Of a stretch of DNA of 44,357 bases, positions 27,820 to 36,390 are shown in pieces (within the stretch, counting starts at the first letter, position 1; every line of letters starts with the position of its first letter). The DNA is taken from positions 1 to 44,357 of the forward strand of contig JBDRKP010000042.1 in the NCBI GenBank assembly GCA_043813875.1, written 5' to 3'. The translations under genes were made by a program, and so were the position numbers. This DNA comes from an archaeon (lineage in GTDB: Archaea > EX4484-52 > B79-G9). The notes beneath the pieces were generated by a model. It made no database searches. It saw only the letters and a program-made list of their open reading frames with translations, and was not told where the DNA came from.

Positions 27820-30060
27820 CTATCCGGCACCTATGGCAATCCTGTCATCACCCACGATATACTGATTCTGGCTATTGTATCTGATATAGCCCTCGAATGG
27901 AGTTGCTGATTGTCCGGTCATTCTTAGCTTGTATGTGAAGGTGTAATCTTCGACTACTCTTGCAAAGTATTTTGATTCGAAGACGAACTGCTTGAGAGTC
28001 CGCGTGGATTCTTTATATATCATGCCGCCGTTATCTATCAATTCAAAGCCTTCGGGGATTGTCTCATAGAGGATATATAATGATGGCTTGGTTGATTCGT
28101 TGACGTCGACTATAAGACTGACGTTGAATTCTTCGCCGATGTATGCATTTTGTGGCAGGTCCCTGAAGACACTGAGTGTATCTAAAGATAGACCGCATCC
28201 GCTGACAATATCTGCCGGCTTTGTTTCCGGCTTGTCGCAGTCGTTTGTGTTGTAGTAGTTACGGCTTTGTATGTTGCCTATACATGCGCTCCAGGTGTTG
28301 TTCATGACCCAGTTCGGCGCACAGATATCAATGACGCTGCTATAGTTCCCTCCCAGAGTCTTGAGTCTTACACCTTCGCTTTCTTTGGATTTGACCCAGA
28401 GCATCACATCTTCCAGGAGTTTTATTTTATCCGGGTCGATGTTGTCGGACTGGTCGACAAATAACTGATGATGTACAATGATTACGCACGTTCCGAATTG
28501 CGCCATCGCATCAACGCATGATGATTCTATATCCTCTGCACTGTAGAGGAATTGTCCGCTCCAGTCGTATATGTCTGTTGTTGCAGGGATGTTCAACAGG
28601 CCTTCGGGATATTCCCTGAAAGCATGCCCCATGTCGATAGCGTTCATCCCTGCGGAGAATATCTTTATGCCTGCACTGATTGCCCCGTACAGGGTGTTGA
28701 TATCATAAGAATAATATGGCGGCAGGAATGTTATAGGATTGACGGAGATCGTCTTGTTCATGATATCATTGCCTTCGGTTATTTTTGAGAAAGTGACCTC
28801 CTGGCCTATTCCCTGGAATTCGTCGACATCATGGTTGAGGCCATGGAGCCCGATCTCAACAAGAGGGTCGCTCTTTACGCTTTTCAGATACTCTACAAGC
28901 CTGCTGTCTTCAGCGAGCCTTATTGTGCCTTGTGCAGCGGTCGGGATTACACCCAATGTCTGGGGGATGCCCATATTGCGGATATATTCTGCAACATATA
29001 TTGTATTTTCTGTCGACCAGAATGGTTCGATGTCATCGTTTCGGATGATTATGTATTTGCCGTTGCCGCAGTCCGTGGGGCAAGTGGTGGTGTTTTCGCT
29101 TTCTTCGCAGATATTGTTGCCGCATACTGGCGGGGTATAGCAGTCGGTGTCCGCCTGGTCTATGAATCCATCGCAGTCATTGTCGATGCTGTCTGTGCAT
29201 TCGAGTTCTGTGATGAGGACATCTGTCCAGATGCCGGCAGAGCATATTTTTTTTGGTGTGTCATAGCATGAATTCTGGGAATAGCATGTAGCGCTTGCTG
29301 CGCACTCATTTGCGTTGCAGCAGATTGAATCTGTTGATGTCAGGTCGGGGATGCAGGACAGAGTGGCTGCGCAGTTGCCTGTATTGCAGCTCTCAGCGTA
29401 GCCTGAATAGATCTCCTCTGGCGGAGATACCGGATCTTGTGGGGGTTCTTCATTTCCGGGATCCTGTGGGTTATCAGGGGACTCCGGTGGTTGCGGTTCC
29501 GGGGTGATTTCGCATGATCGGTTCATGGGTTCTGGCGGATTAAGACCACACGCTTTTGTATCATGATAGTTCATGTATTGGATGCTGTCTATGCATTCGG
29601 TCCAGGTATCGTCAAGAACCCAATCAGGCAGACAGCCTACGGTCATTTCGATGCCGCCTATTGTCGGATGGTCTGATGAAGCGTATCTTGCAAAGCCGCT
29701 GAATGCGCCTACCTGAGAGATGTCTGATTTTAAGGTGTATTCTATGATGCGGTCTTCCACGAATGTGCCGTGGTATTTTGATTCAAGAACTGAAAGCCTT
29801 AGCTGTCCTGAAGAGGGGGTGTATGACATGCCGCCGTCACTTATCAGGTCAAAACCCTGCGGTAGATATTCATAAAGGATGTAGCTGCCTGGTTTGTCTG
29901 TTTCGTCAACAGCGATATTCAATGTCACTGTGAAGACAGCGCCGGGGGCGGGGTTCCCGTCAGGCAGGGTACGGGTGACTTCTAATGGTTCGGCAAATGT
30001 ATTGCCTGCAAGTACAAGCATTACGAACAAAGCTACTGCTAAAGTAAATATAAATCTCAT
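27820..30060 (-). CDS. Secreted/surface protein with polysaccharide-deacetylase-like (DUF2334/NodB) domain, Cys-rich repeats and duplicated terminal beta-domains
   Basis: Signal peptide; IRNDD, EIGLHG.NH, F.PPY, IVHH; CxDxIDNDCDG and CGN.ICE..E....CP.DC motifs; GAGGTG SD. Confidence 0.75.
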   Translation of the reverse strand: MRFIFTLAVALFVMLVLAGNTFAEPLEVTRTLPDGNPAPGAVFTVTLNIAVDETDKPGSYILYEYLPQGFDLISDGGMSYTPSSGQLRLSVLESKYHGTFVEDRIIEYTLKSDISQVGAFSGFARYASSDHPTIGGIEMTVGCLPDWVLDDTWTECIDSIQYMNYHDTKACGLNPPEPMNRSCEITPEPQPPESPDNPQDPGNEEPPQDPVSPPEEIYSGYAESCNTGNCAATLSCIPDLTSTDSICCNANECAASATCYSQNSCYDTPKKICSAGIWTDVLITELECTDSIDNDCDGFIDQADTDCYTPPVCGNNICEESENTTTCPTDCGNGKYIIIRNDDIEPFWSTENTIYVAEYIRNMGIPQTLGVIPTAAQGTIRLAEDSRLVEYLKSVKSDPLVEIGLHGLNHDVDEFQGIGQEVTFSKITEGNDIMNKTISVNPITFLPPYYSYDINTLYGAISAGIKIFSAGMNAIDMGHAFREYPEGLLNIPATTDIYDWSGQFLYSAEDIESSCVDAMAQFGTCVIIVHHQLFVDQSDNIDPDKIKLLEDVMLWVKSKESEGVRLKTLGGNYSSVIDICAPNWVMNNTWSACIGNIQSRNYYNTNDCDKPETKPADIVSGCGLSLDTLSVFRDLPQNAYIGEEFNVSLIVDVNESTKPSLYILYETIPEGFELIDNGGMIYKESTRTLKQFVFESKYFARVVEDYTFTYKLRMTGQSATPFEGYIRYNSQNQYIVGDDRIAIGAG

Positions 30061-30470
30061 TGTTAACACCTCTTATGCAGGAGGTTGATGTTTGAAGATA
30101 TATATAGATGAGTTGTTCCAAGAAAATGGGGTGGTATAGAGGGGTTATGTTAATCCGGGGGTTGTGTAATTTGACGATATGCATCGCGGCATTATGCCAT
30201 TTGTCTGTGAAATGTCCTGTGTTTTCGTGCAAGGAATGGGCAGGATATGTCCGTCTAAGTGTGGTCTTTTAGTGATTGACGAGTGTTTGTTGATGTATTT
30301 GCTGTGATAGTGGCAAGAACTATAGTTTTGCAAGTTTATCAAATACTTTTTTATATTGACGTTTAATTAACTTTACACGTTTCCCTATATCTTTCGTTGA
30401 CATTGGAAATATGTCGGTCATATCCCGTTTCATTTTCTTTTTCACCATAATTTAGTATTTATTAACTATC

Positions 30471-30914
30471 TTATTTAAATATTCCTTTTAGTTTCGTTAA
30501 AAATACATTATAATTATATTTACCAGCAGCGGTATTGAGCATGAAATTAACAATCTCATCGTCTCTTGTATCCCAATTTTTAAACCAGCTCATATACTTT
30601 TCGGCTAATAAATTAATATTTGTACCAGAATGACTGTAAAATAAATAAATAATTAATGCCGTTCTTTTATTACCGTCCCAAAAGGGATGCTTAGTCGCTA
30701 TTTCATACATCATAAAAGCACCCATTTTTTGAAACAATTCATCATAATCAAGATCGGCGTTTTTTTTGTGTATTTGAATAGTCTCATATACAATAAAATC
30801 TAAATCACTTTCAGATCTAATATTATTATTGAGGTTATATCCTGTTATTGATTCGTGCATTATTTTTATAAATTCTTTTAATTTGTTCCTCCTATTTTCT
30901 TCGTTATTATCCAT
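30471..30914 (-). CDS. Fic/Doc family protein
   Basis: HPFWDGNKRTA; very AT-rich. Confidence 0.85.
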   Translation of the reverse strand: MDNNEENRRNKLKEFIKIMHESITGYNLNNNIRSESDLDFIVYETIQIHKKNADLDYDELFQKMGAFMMYEIATKHPFWDGNKRTALIIYLFYSHSGTNINLLAEKYMSWFKNWDTRDDEIVNFMLNTAAGKYNYNVFLTKLKGIFK

Positions 30915-31001
30915 CTATGATAACCTCGTATTATGTTTGGTTTCTATATTTTATTAATCTGCAAGCCAAGGTAAGCTCAAATATGGCCGATAAATATATA
31001 G

Positions 31002-31041
31002 TGTTTGGAAAATACAAACAATTGTTTGGATAATTAAAACA
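31002..31041 (+). promoter_or_regulatory. Tandem imperfect palindromes (operator candidates) downstream of TATA-like TAAATATATA
   Basis: TGTTTGGAAAATACAAACA (31002-31020) and TGTTTGGATAATTAAAACA (31023-31041). Confidence 0.55.
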
Positions 31042-31067
31042 ATTAGAATTATGATTGGCGGACAAGA

Positions 31068-31661
31068 ATGATGAACAAGCTGATAAAACCCAGCATATGG
31101 AAGATCCTTCACGTCTTCTATCTCAACAGGAACAAGCCATTGCACCTGAGGGAAATCGCACGGCAGGCAAAGATCAACGAAAGCACTGCAACAACTCATC
31201 TGAATTCGCTTGTTATGCAAAACATCCTCTCTGCAAGGAAAGAGGCCAACCTTAAGATATTTTCTGTGAAAGTAAACGCTGTACCGGACATATTTCCAAT
31301 GTTTGATGAAAAGAGGCTTGATGGACTGCCGATGCTAAGAAAGAACGCGATTAAGCGCTATATTGCCGCCATGGATGAAAAGCCGGTTTTTGCTGTTGTT
31401 TTCGGGTCTACTGCAAAAGGCACATATACGGATGATTCTGATGTCGACATATTAGAGATATTCAACAGGAAGAGAGATACAAAGAACGCGCGCGACTTTG
31501 CAGAATCGCAGACAGGAATCAATATACAGACGTTCCAGATGACTGAAAAGCAGTTTGCAAAAGAACTTGTTGAAAAAAAAGACAAGGTAGTCCAGTCCGC
31601 TATAAGCACGGGGTTTCCGGTTTTCAATCAAAGATACTATTATGAGGCTGTTTTGAAATGA
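31068..31661 (+). CDS. HTH-minimal nucleotidyltransferase (MNT) antitoxin-like protein
   Basis: N-terminal wHTH (HLREIAR); FGSTAKG....DSDVD. Confidence 0.85.
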   Translation: MMNKLIKPSIWKILHVFYLNRNKPLHLREIARQAKINESTATTHLNSLVMQNILSARKEANLKIFSVKVNAVPDIFPMFDEKRLDGLPMLRKNAIKRYIAAMDEKPVFAVVFGSTAKGTYTDDSDVDILEIFNRKRDTKNARDFAESQTGINIQTFQMTEKQFAKELVEKKDKVVQSAISTGFPVFNQRYYYEAVLK

Positions 31662-31750
31662 ATGAGTTCCAGCTTAAAAGACTGATGGCATCTGTTGGTC
31701 TTCTTGATGAGAAGATCAGAGATTTATTATGCAACTTTTTTTTTCCTTAG
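31658..31750 (+). pseudogene. Truncated translationally coupled partner ORF (possible HEPN remnant), 30 aa
   Basis: ATGA overlap with MNT stop; MNEFQLKRLMASVGLLDEKIRDLL then ends after a T9 run. Confidence 0.4.
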
Positions 31751-31878
31751 CACCCGGGAATACAAGCGGAGCGGGTTTCTTCTTTTGTGTACAGCTATAG
31801 TCAAGGCACGAATTAATTGAGTAACGTGCCTTGCCATATACATCAAGGCAATTTGGTTTTTTGTTGAATTTTGTTCAT

Positions 31879-32337
31879 TTATTTCATGCCTTGAGTATAG
31901 ATGGTCTTACTCAAAGAGTTCTGTGCTTTTTTAAGGAAATCCCATACCTTCTGTGCATATTCGCTGTCAAGCTTTTTTCCGTAGTACATTATGCCGTTCC
32001 TGAAATACCTGAACTGGTCAGCGAACTGGATATCGTTTTCACTGAAATCCAGTCTCCGGAGGTATGATACTTCTGCCTCGTGTGCGCCCTTGCCATGTGC
32101 ATTATATCCTTCCATGAGCATCTGCGCCCTGATGAGCTCCATGATGATGTCGTAGCACAGTTTGATAATGGTATTGGCGTTCTTGTCTGTGATGCCGTAA
32201 TTGTCCACGATCTCTAAAAGAAACGAGTATGAGTTTTCAGATTCTCCTTTAAGGAAACGGGCTCTTGATGGATCAGGAGACTGTTTCTTTACTATCCCAT
32301 CATCAATGAACTCTGAAAAGTCCCTCACAGTCCTCAT
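31879..32337 (-). CDS. HEPN domain toxin
   Basis: Y....ELIRA.....GY, HE, R..RNGIMYYG (RxxxxY variant); overlaps the upstream MNT gene. Confidence 0.8.
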   Translation of the reverse strand: MRTVRDFSEFIDDGIVKKQSPDPSRARFLKGESENSYSFLLEIVDNYGITDKNANTIIKLCYDIIMELIRAQMLMEGYNAHGKGAHEAEVSYLRRLDFSENDIQFADQFRYFRNGIMYYGKKLDSEYAQKVWDFLKKAQNSLSKTIYTQGMK

Positions 32338-32882
32338 AACTCTATTCCTCCGGAAAGGACTATGCCATTCAGTATATTTTCCCTAAGATCCTTATGTATC
32401 TCCACAATGGATGGATAGAAATTCAGCCGGATATTTCGCTCTAGAATCTTCTCAAACCGCAGAAGATCAAGCTTCTTTTCCTTTCTTCCTATGACCGCTA
32501 TGTCTATGTCCGATGCTGTCGTGTCATCTCCCCGGGAATAACTGCCGAAAAGAATTATTGTTGCGCCTGCAAGCTCATCCTCGATGAATGACAATGCTCC
32601 TGACTCATATAGCATCTTCTGGTTCTCTGCCCTTTTCAAGGCAATCGTTCTCGGGTTGCTCCGATTCAGCCTTATAGCCCATCTTCCAGAATCCGCATCT
32701 TTCTTCACCTCTACGAGAGATTCTTTTTCAAGAAGCGGCAAGGCTTTTGAAACAGCTGTCTGCGATACGCCAAGCGACCTTGCGATACCCCGCGCATTGA
32801 AGGATACACCTGCTTTCACAAACAGGAACCTTAATATCTCCTGCTGCAATATTGTGAACTTAAGTTTATATATATCAACCAT
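32334..32882 (-). CDS. HTH-MNT antitoxin
   Basis: wHTH (ARGIARSLGVSQTAVSKAL); LFGSYSRGDD...SDIDIA. Confidence 0.88.
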   Translation of the reverse strand: MVDIYKLKFTILQQEILRFLFVKAGVSFNARGIARSLGVSQTAVSKALPLLEKESLVEVKKDADSGRWAIRLNRSNPRTIALKRAENQKMLYESGALSFIEDELAGATIILFGSYSRGDDTTASDIDIAVIGRKEKKLDLLRFEKILERNIRLNFYPSIVEIHKDLRENILNGIVLSGGIEL

Positions 32883-33046
32883 AGTTCATATATGTCCACT
32901 CCAGTTTATATAGTTGCGTACTGAATTGGCAAGAATCCAGATATTTTGCATTGAGAGACAAATAAGTATTCGCTTCCAAACTCACATATCTTTATTGAGA
33001 TGTCAGTCTTTTATGTTCATCGCAGGGAACCGAACTCTATACCGTA

Positions 33047-33299
33047 TGGGGTCACAGGGATTCGAACCCCGATCAGAAGGTCTGCTCCCAATAGATTGGT
33101 TGTTGTTGTTGTTTATTTTTTTGGTTGTTTTGTTGTCTATTCCGGGAAAACCATCGTTGGCCACCTTGGCGCCACTCTTTCTTGCTAATCATCGCGCGCA
33201 TCCGTTCTCACGAATCTGCGCTCAGAGCTCCAGGACACTCGTTCATCAAAACTAAACTATTGTCTGGAGCCTACTATGCTGCCGTTACACCATGACCCC
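33047..33299 (-). tRNA. tRNA-Trp(CCA) with ~182-nt intron at 37/38 (33082..33263)
   Basis: Acceptor GGGGTCA/TGACCCC+A; loop CT-CCA-G; T arm GGTTCGAATCC; BHB-like CTCC/GGAG helix with CAATAG/CTATTG outer helix. Confidence 0.9.
33222..33248 (-). ncRNA. Intronic box C/D guide module targeting C34 of the host tRNA-Trp
   Basis: TGATGA (33243-33248), guide CTGGAGCT (33226-33233) complementary to GGCTCCAG, then CTGA (33222-33225); 5th nt upstream of CTGA pairs with C34. Confidence 0.75.
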
Positions 33300-33424
33300 T
33301 TATCGTACCCTATCCTTTGAGGATTAAATTTAAAAAAGATTACTTTATTTTCAAAGAGATTTTTCTTTACCTATGTGTCATTATCCCTCAAAAATCATGT
33401 GATTTTTATGAAATCGATGAATCA

Positions 33425-33659
33425 CAAGCTTTTTCATCGCGGTTGTAAACGTTTCAGTACACTTTTCATATGCGATGAAAAATCCTGAAATTTGAGTGAG
33501 ATTGAAGGATTTCAAGCTTTTTCATCGCGATAGTACACGTTTCAGTAGACTTTTCATATGCGATGAAAAATCCTGAAATTTGAGTGAGATTGAAGGATTT
33601 CAAGCTTTTTCATCGCCGTAGTACACGTTTCAGCACACTTTTCATATGCGATGAAAAAT
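33425..33659. repeat. Tandem repeat, 88-bp period, ~2.7 copies, each with TTTTTCATCGC-N31-GCGATGAAAAA
   Basis: Units start at 33425, 33513 and 33601; differences are confined to the 31-nt loop. Confidence 0.95.
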
Positions 33660-33715
33660 ATATATACTCGCTTGAACCATAGAGTCATACACATCAATTT
33701 TCGGGGGGAGATAAG

Positions 33716-33892
33716 ATGAAGGGAGAAGTAGAAATCAAGATGAACGGGTCTAGGGGAGGGATCAGCATTATGGATAACAGCGCAAAAGAGAGTTTCAGGA
33801 AGGCAGCAATAAGCGATCTCCTTGCAAGTGTCGAGCAAAGAGACGAGGAAGCAAGACAGAACAACAAGGATTGCTTCAAAAGACCTATCTAA
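33716..33892 (+). CDS. Small hypothetical protein, 58 aa (not in ORF track)
   Basis: MKGEVEIKMNGSRGGISIMDNSAKESFRKAAISDLLASVEQRDEEARQNNKDCFKRPI*; GGGGAG SD; TATA-like at end of third repeat. Confidence 0.5.
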   Translation: MKGEVEIKMNGSRGGISIMDNSAKESFRKAAISDLLASVEQRDEEARQNNKDCFKRPI

Positions 33893-34096
33893 TCAAATAA
33901 TGTTGCCGTGAATCGATTTAAGGGTTCACGCGCGATGTCTTTTTCTATAATTTATGCGTGCAAATGCAATACGGCCATGCGGCAGGATATGCGGGGGAGC
34001 AGGCTGCTTGAAATCATTGTTGCTGACCGTATGAGCGATGACTGATCAAAGAAATAAATTTTGGCGCCTATACGGCGCATCGAAACATATTGTGGA

Positions 34097-34167
34097 TGCG
34101 GTAGCCGAGAATCGAACTCGGGCCTCTGCCTTGGCAAGGCAATATCATACCACTAGACAACTACCGC
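34097..34167 (-). tRNA. tRNA-Gly(GCC)
   Basis: Acceptor GCGGTAG/CTACCGC+A; anticodon arm TTGCC-TT-GCC-AA-GGCAG; T loop GTTCGATTC; no intron. Confidence 0.95.
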
Positions 34168-34250
34168 GCAAGTTTGTATTTTTTCTTATCTACCTCTTAC
34201 AATAAAAACTTTATTAAGATTTTGATTGTTACATACAATTCACTGATAAA

Positions 34251-34604
34251 ATGAGTGAAAACAAGAAAAAATTCGTAAAAAGAAGGACACGAAAAAAGCC
34301 AAGCGACCAGATAGAGATCGCAAAAGAGAGGATAGAGATACTTTTCGGGAGGGCTGATATTGAATTTCCCGAGCATCCGGAGCTTTCGGACAGGTATGTG
34401 GAGATCGCGCGCAGGATCAGCATGAAATATAATGTGCCGATACATCAGGTATTCAAAAAGAGGTTCTGTAAGAAGTGCAAAAAATATCTTGTTTATGGTG
34501 CCAATTGCAGGGTGCGCCTAGACAGCCAGAAGAAATGCATAATCATAACGTGCCTTGAGTGCAATAACAAGATGATGTACGGATATGCCAGGCCAAAGGA
34601 ATAA
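34251..34604 (+). CDS. rnp4: RNase P protein component 4 (Rpp21)
   Basis: IAKERIEILF, RYV.IAR.I, FCKKC...L..G, TCLEC. Confidence 0.93.
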   Translation: MSENKKKFVKRRTRKKPSDQIEIAKERIEILFGRADIEFPEHPELSDRYVEIARRISMKYNVPIHQVFKKRFCKKCKKYLVYGANCRVRLDSQKKCIIITCLECNNKMMYGYARPKE

Positions 34605-34635
34605 ATATATATACTAATAAACGAAAATAAATCTC

Positions 34636-34992
34636 ATGGAAGGGAAAAATATTGTAGGAATCGCTCTTGTCATTATCATGGGCATCGTGATATTCGGTAT
34701 CGTGAGCATAATCAATGCAACGCTTGACAATATCGACCAGAAATGCAATACTTGCGGCGACGACTGCAAGATTGCGGCGTGCTCAAACAATTCTTCATCA
34801 ACCGGAAAGATGTTCACCTATGTGCTGATAGGCATATATATTGTATCTGCTGCCGGGATACTTTATTTCTCTTTCAAAAAGAGCGATGAAGCGCCGAAAA
34901 TCGCCAATGATTATACTGCTGAAGGCGCTGCCTCATCGCAGGGCGAACAAGGTCCTGTACAAGGCGGAGAAGACGAGTTTGCTTATGGCTGA
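34636..34992 (+). CDS. Hypothetical membrane protein (2 TM helices, Cys-rich loop)
   Basis: Two hydrophobic helices flanking CNTCGDDC...C. Confidence 0.7.
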   Translation: MEGKNIVGIALVIIMGIVIFGIVSIINATLDNIDQKCNTCGDDCKIAACSNNSSSTGKMFTYVLIGIYIVSAAGILYFSFKKSDEAPKIANDYTAEGAASSQGEQGPVQGGEDEFAYG

Positions 34993-35135
34993 GTGAGAGG
35001 ATACGGACAAACTATATAAAGTTATCATTGCAATCTAGTTATGGCGTCATTGAGTTGCAAACAATGGTACGAGGAATAGCATAATAGTATAATTGAGAGT
35101 GGCCTCATTCTGGAATTATATAAACAGGTGGTATA

Positions 35136-35552
35136 TTGACAACAGTATATGATGTAGAACCAAATAAACTTATAGAAGAAACAGCAAAACTGCTTAAGAA
35201 AGATGAAGCGATAAAGCCGCCGGAATGGTCGTATTTTTCGAAAACCGGCGCTCATAAACAGAAAGTGCCAACAGAAAGAGACTGGTGGTATGTCAGAGTC
35301 GCTGCTGTATTCAGACGGATATATGTAGAACCGCAGGGAGTGCAGAGGCTTAGGCGCGCATACGGCGGCAGGAAGAACAAAGGATACAAACCTGAAAGGT
35401 TTGTCATAGGAAGCGGCAGCATAGCAAGAAAAAGTCTCATGCAGCTAGAGAAAGCAGGTTTTGTTAAAAAAGAGAAAGTCGGGCGAGCCATAACCCCAAA
35501 GGGCAGAAAGTTCCTTGACAATCTTGCAGACAAGCTATCAAAGAAGAAATAA
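35136..35552 (+). CDS. rps19e: 30S ribosomal protein S19e (TTG start)
   Basis: PPEW..F.KTG, DWWYVR.A...R, YGG, GSGSI.R...QLE; AGGTGG SD. Confidence 0.96.
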   Translation: MTTVYDVEPNKLIEETAKLLKKDEAIKPPEWSYFSKTGAHKQKVPTERDWWYVRVAAVFRRIYVEPQGVQRLRRAYGGRKNKGYKPERFVIGSGSIARKSLMQLEKAGFVKKEKVGRAITPKGRKFLDNLADKLSKKK

Positions 35553-35593
35553 ATGTCTGTATCAAAAATAACTGTTTTTGAGGCGCGCATCAA

Positions 35594-35929
35594 ATGGATA
35601 CACTTGAACAAATAAGAAAACGTAAGATGCAGAATTATCTTGCAGAAAGCCAAAATTCGCAGATGCAGCAGCAGATGGCACAGGAACAGCAGATGCAAGA
35701 GATGCAGGCGCAGATCAAAGGACTCATGAGCATGCTTCTATCAAAAGAAGCACAGGAGAGAATCGCAAATATACGACTGATAAAACCTGAATTTGCGCTC
35801 CAGGTCGAGGTATATCTATTACAGATGTATCAGGCAGGGAAATTAAGGGCAGTCATAACAGATGAACAGCTAAAAGCCATCCTTGACCAGATTGTCAAGA
35901 AAAAAGAGACCAAAATAATACGCAAGTAA
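35594..35929 (+). CDS. PDCD5/TFAR19-like DNA-binding protein
   Basis: LEQIRKRKM, EA.ERI.NI.LIKPE.A..VE, ITDEQLK; conserved position after rps19e. Confidence 0.9.
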   Translation: MDTLEQIRKRKMQNYLAESQNSQMQQQMAQEQQMQEMQAQIKGLMSMLLSKEAQERIANIRLIKPEFALQVEVYLLQMYQAGKLRAVITDEQLKAILDQIVKKKETKIIRK

Positions 35930-36011
35930 TATAAAGGTTTTAAGTTTAAAAATACTGGTGTTATTGACAGGAAACAGAACATATATCACAATGAGAATAT
36001 GACTAAATAAA

Positions 36012-36157
36012 AGAAATTGCCTAAAATTTGTGCATCCAAACCGCAACAAGCTGCTGGATATTGCACAAATTTTTTCGCTTACGCGAACCGGCAATTTCTA
36101 TCTTTTCAGTTTGGAAGAACCGCAGCAAGCTGCGGGATATTAGACCCAAACTGAAAA
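36012..36157 (+). repeat. Twin long hairpins each carrying a CCGCAGCAAGCTGCGG-type core, upstream of rpl39e
   Basis: 24-nt direct repeat (36039-36062; 36118-36141; 2 mismatches), each enclosed by a different perfect 12-bp stem. Confidence 0.75.
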
Positions 36158-36170
36158 TAAACACAATAGA

Positions 36171-36359
36171 ATGGTGATCAATATATCTTCAAAAAAGACT
36201 CTCGGCAGAAAATTGAAACTGATCAAAGCGAAAATCACAGCGACGTCGTCGCCAAGATGGGCTGATATCAAGAAATTCGGTCTTGGAAAGGCAAGATTCA
36301 GATCCATAAAAAGATTTGCCAGCAGGCACTGGAGAAGACGCGGCGGCCTGCAAATATAA
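36171..36359 (+). CDS. rpl39e: 50S ribosomal protein L39e
   Basis: K...RKLKL.KA....P.W, RHWRR. Confidence 0.88.
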   Translation: MVINISSKKTLGRKLKLIKAKITATSSPRWADIKKFGLGKARFRSIKRFASRHWRRRGGLQI

Positions 36360-36390
36360 ATAAAGATAAAAGATAAAGAAAGTGATACTC

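Noticed and set aside
30070..33046. att duplicate of the tRNA-Trp 3' end delimiting the TA cluster
   Set aside because: No copy of TGGGGTCAC or similar found by eye, so island boundaries cannot be supported
33425..33659. CRISPR array or TIGR-like guide array
   Set aside because: Units are near-identical over 88 bp with no unique spacers; no cas or Nop-domain gene in the window
33425..33659. Replication origin (ORB repeats)
   Set aside because: Only a weak resemblance of GTTTCAGT to ORB cores, no G-string, no cdc6/orc1 nearby, and by eye the + strand stays G/T-rich on both sides; not computed
33554..34137. Minus-strand ORFs 33554..33838, 33694..33879 and 33952..34137
   Set aside because: They run through the non-triplet repeat, the better-supported + strand ORF, or tRNA-Gly
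35025..35130. Possible structured leader upstream of rps19e
   Set aside because: Only short imperfect pairings, not distinguishable from chance
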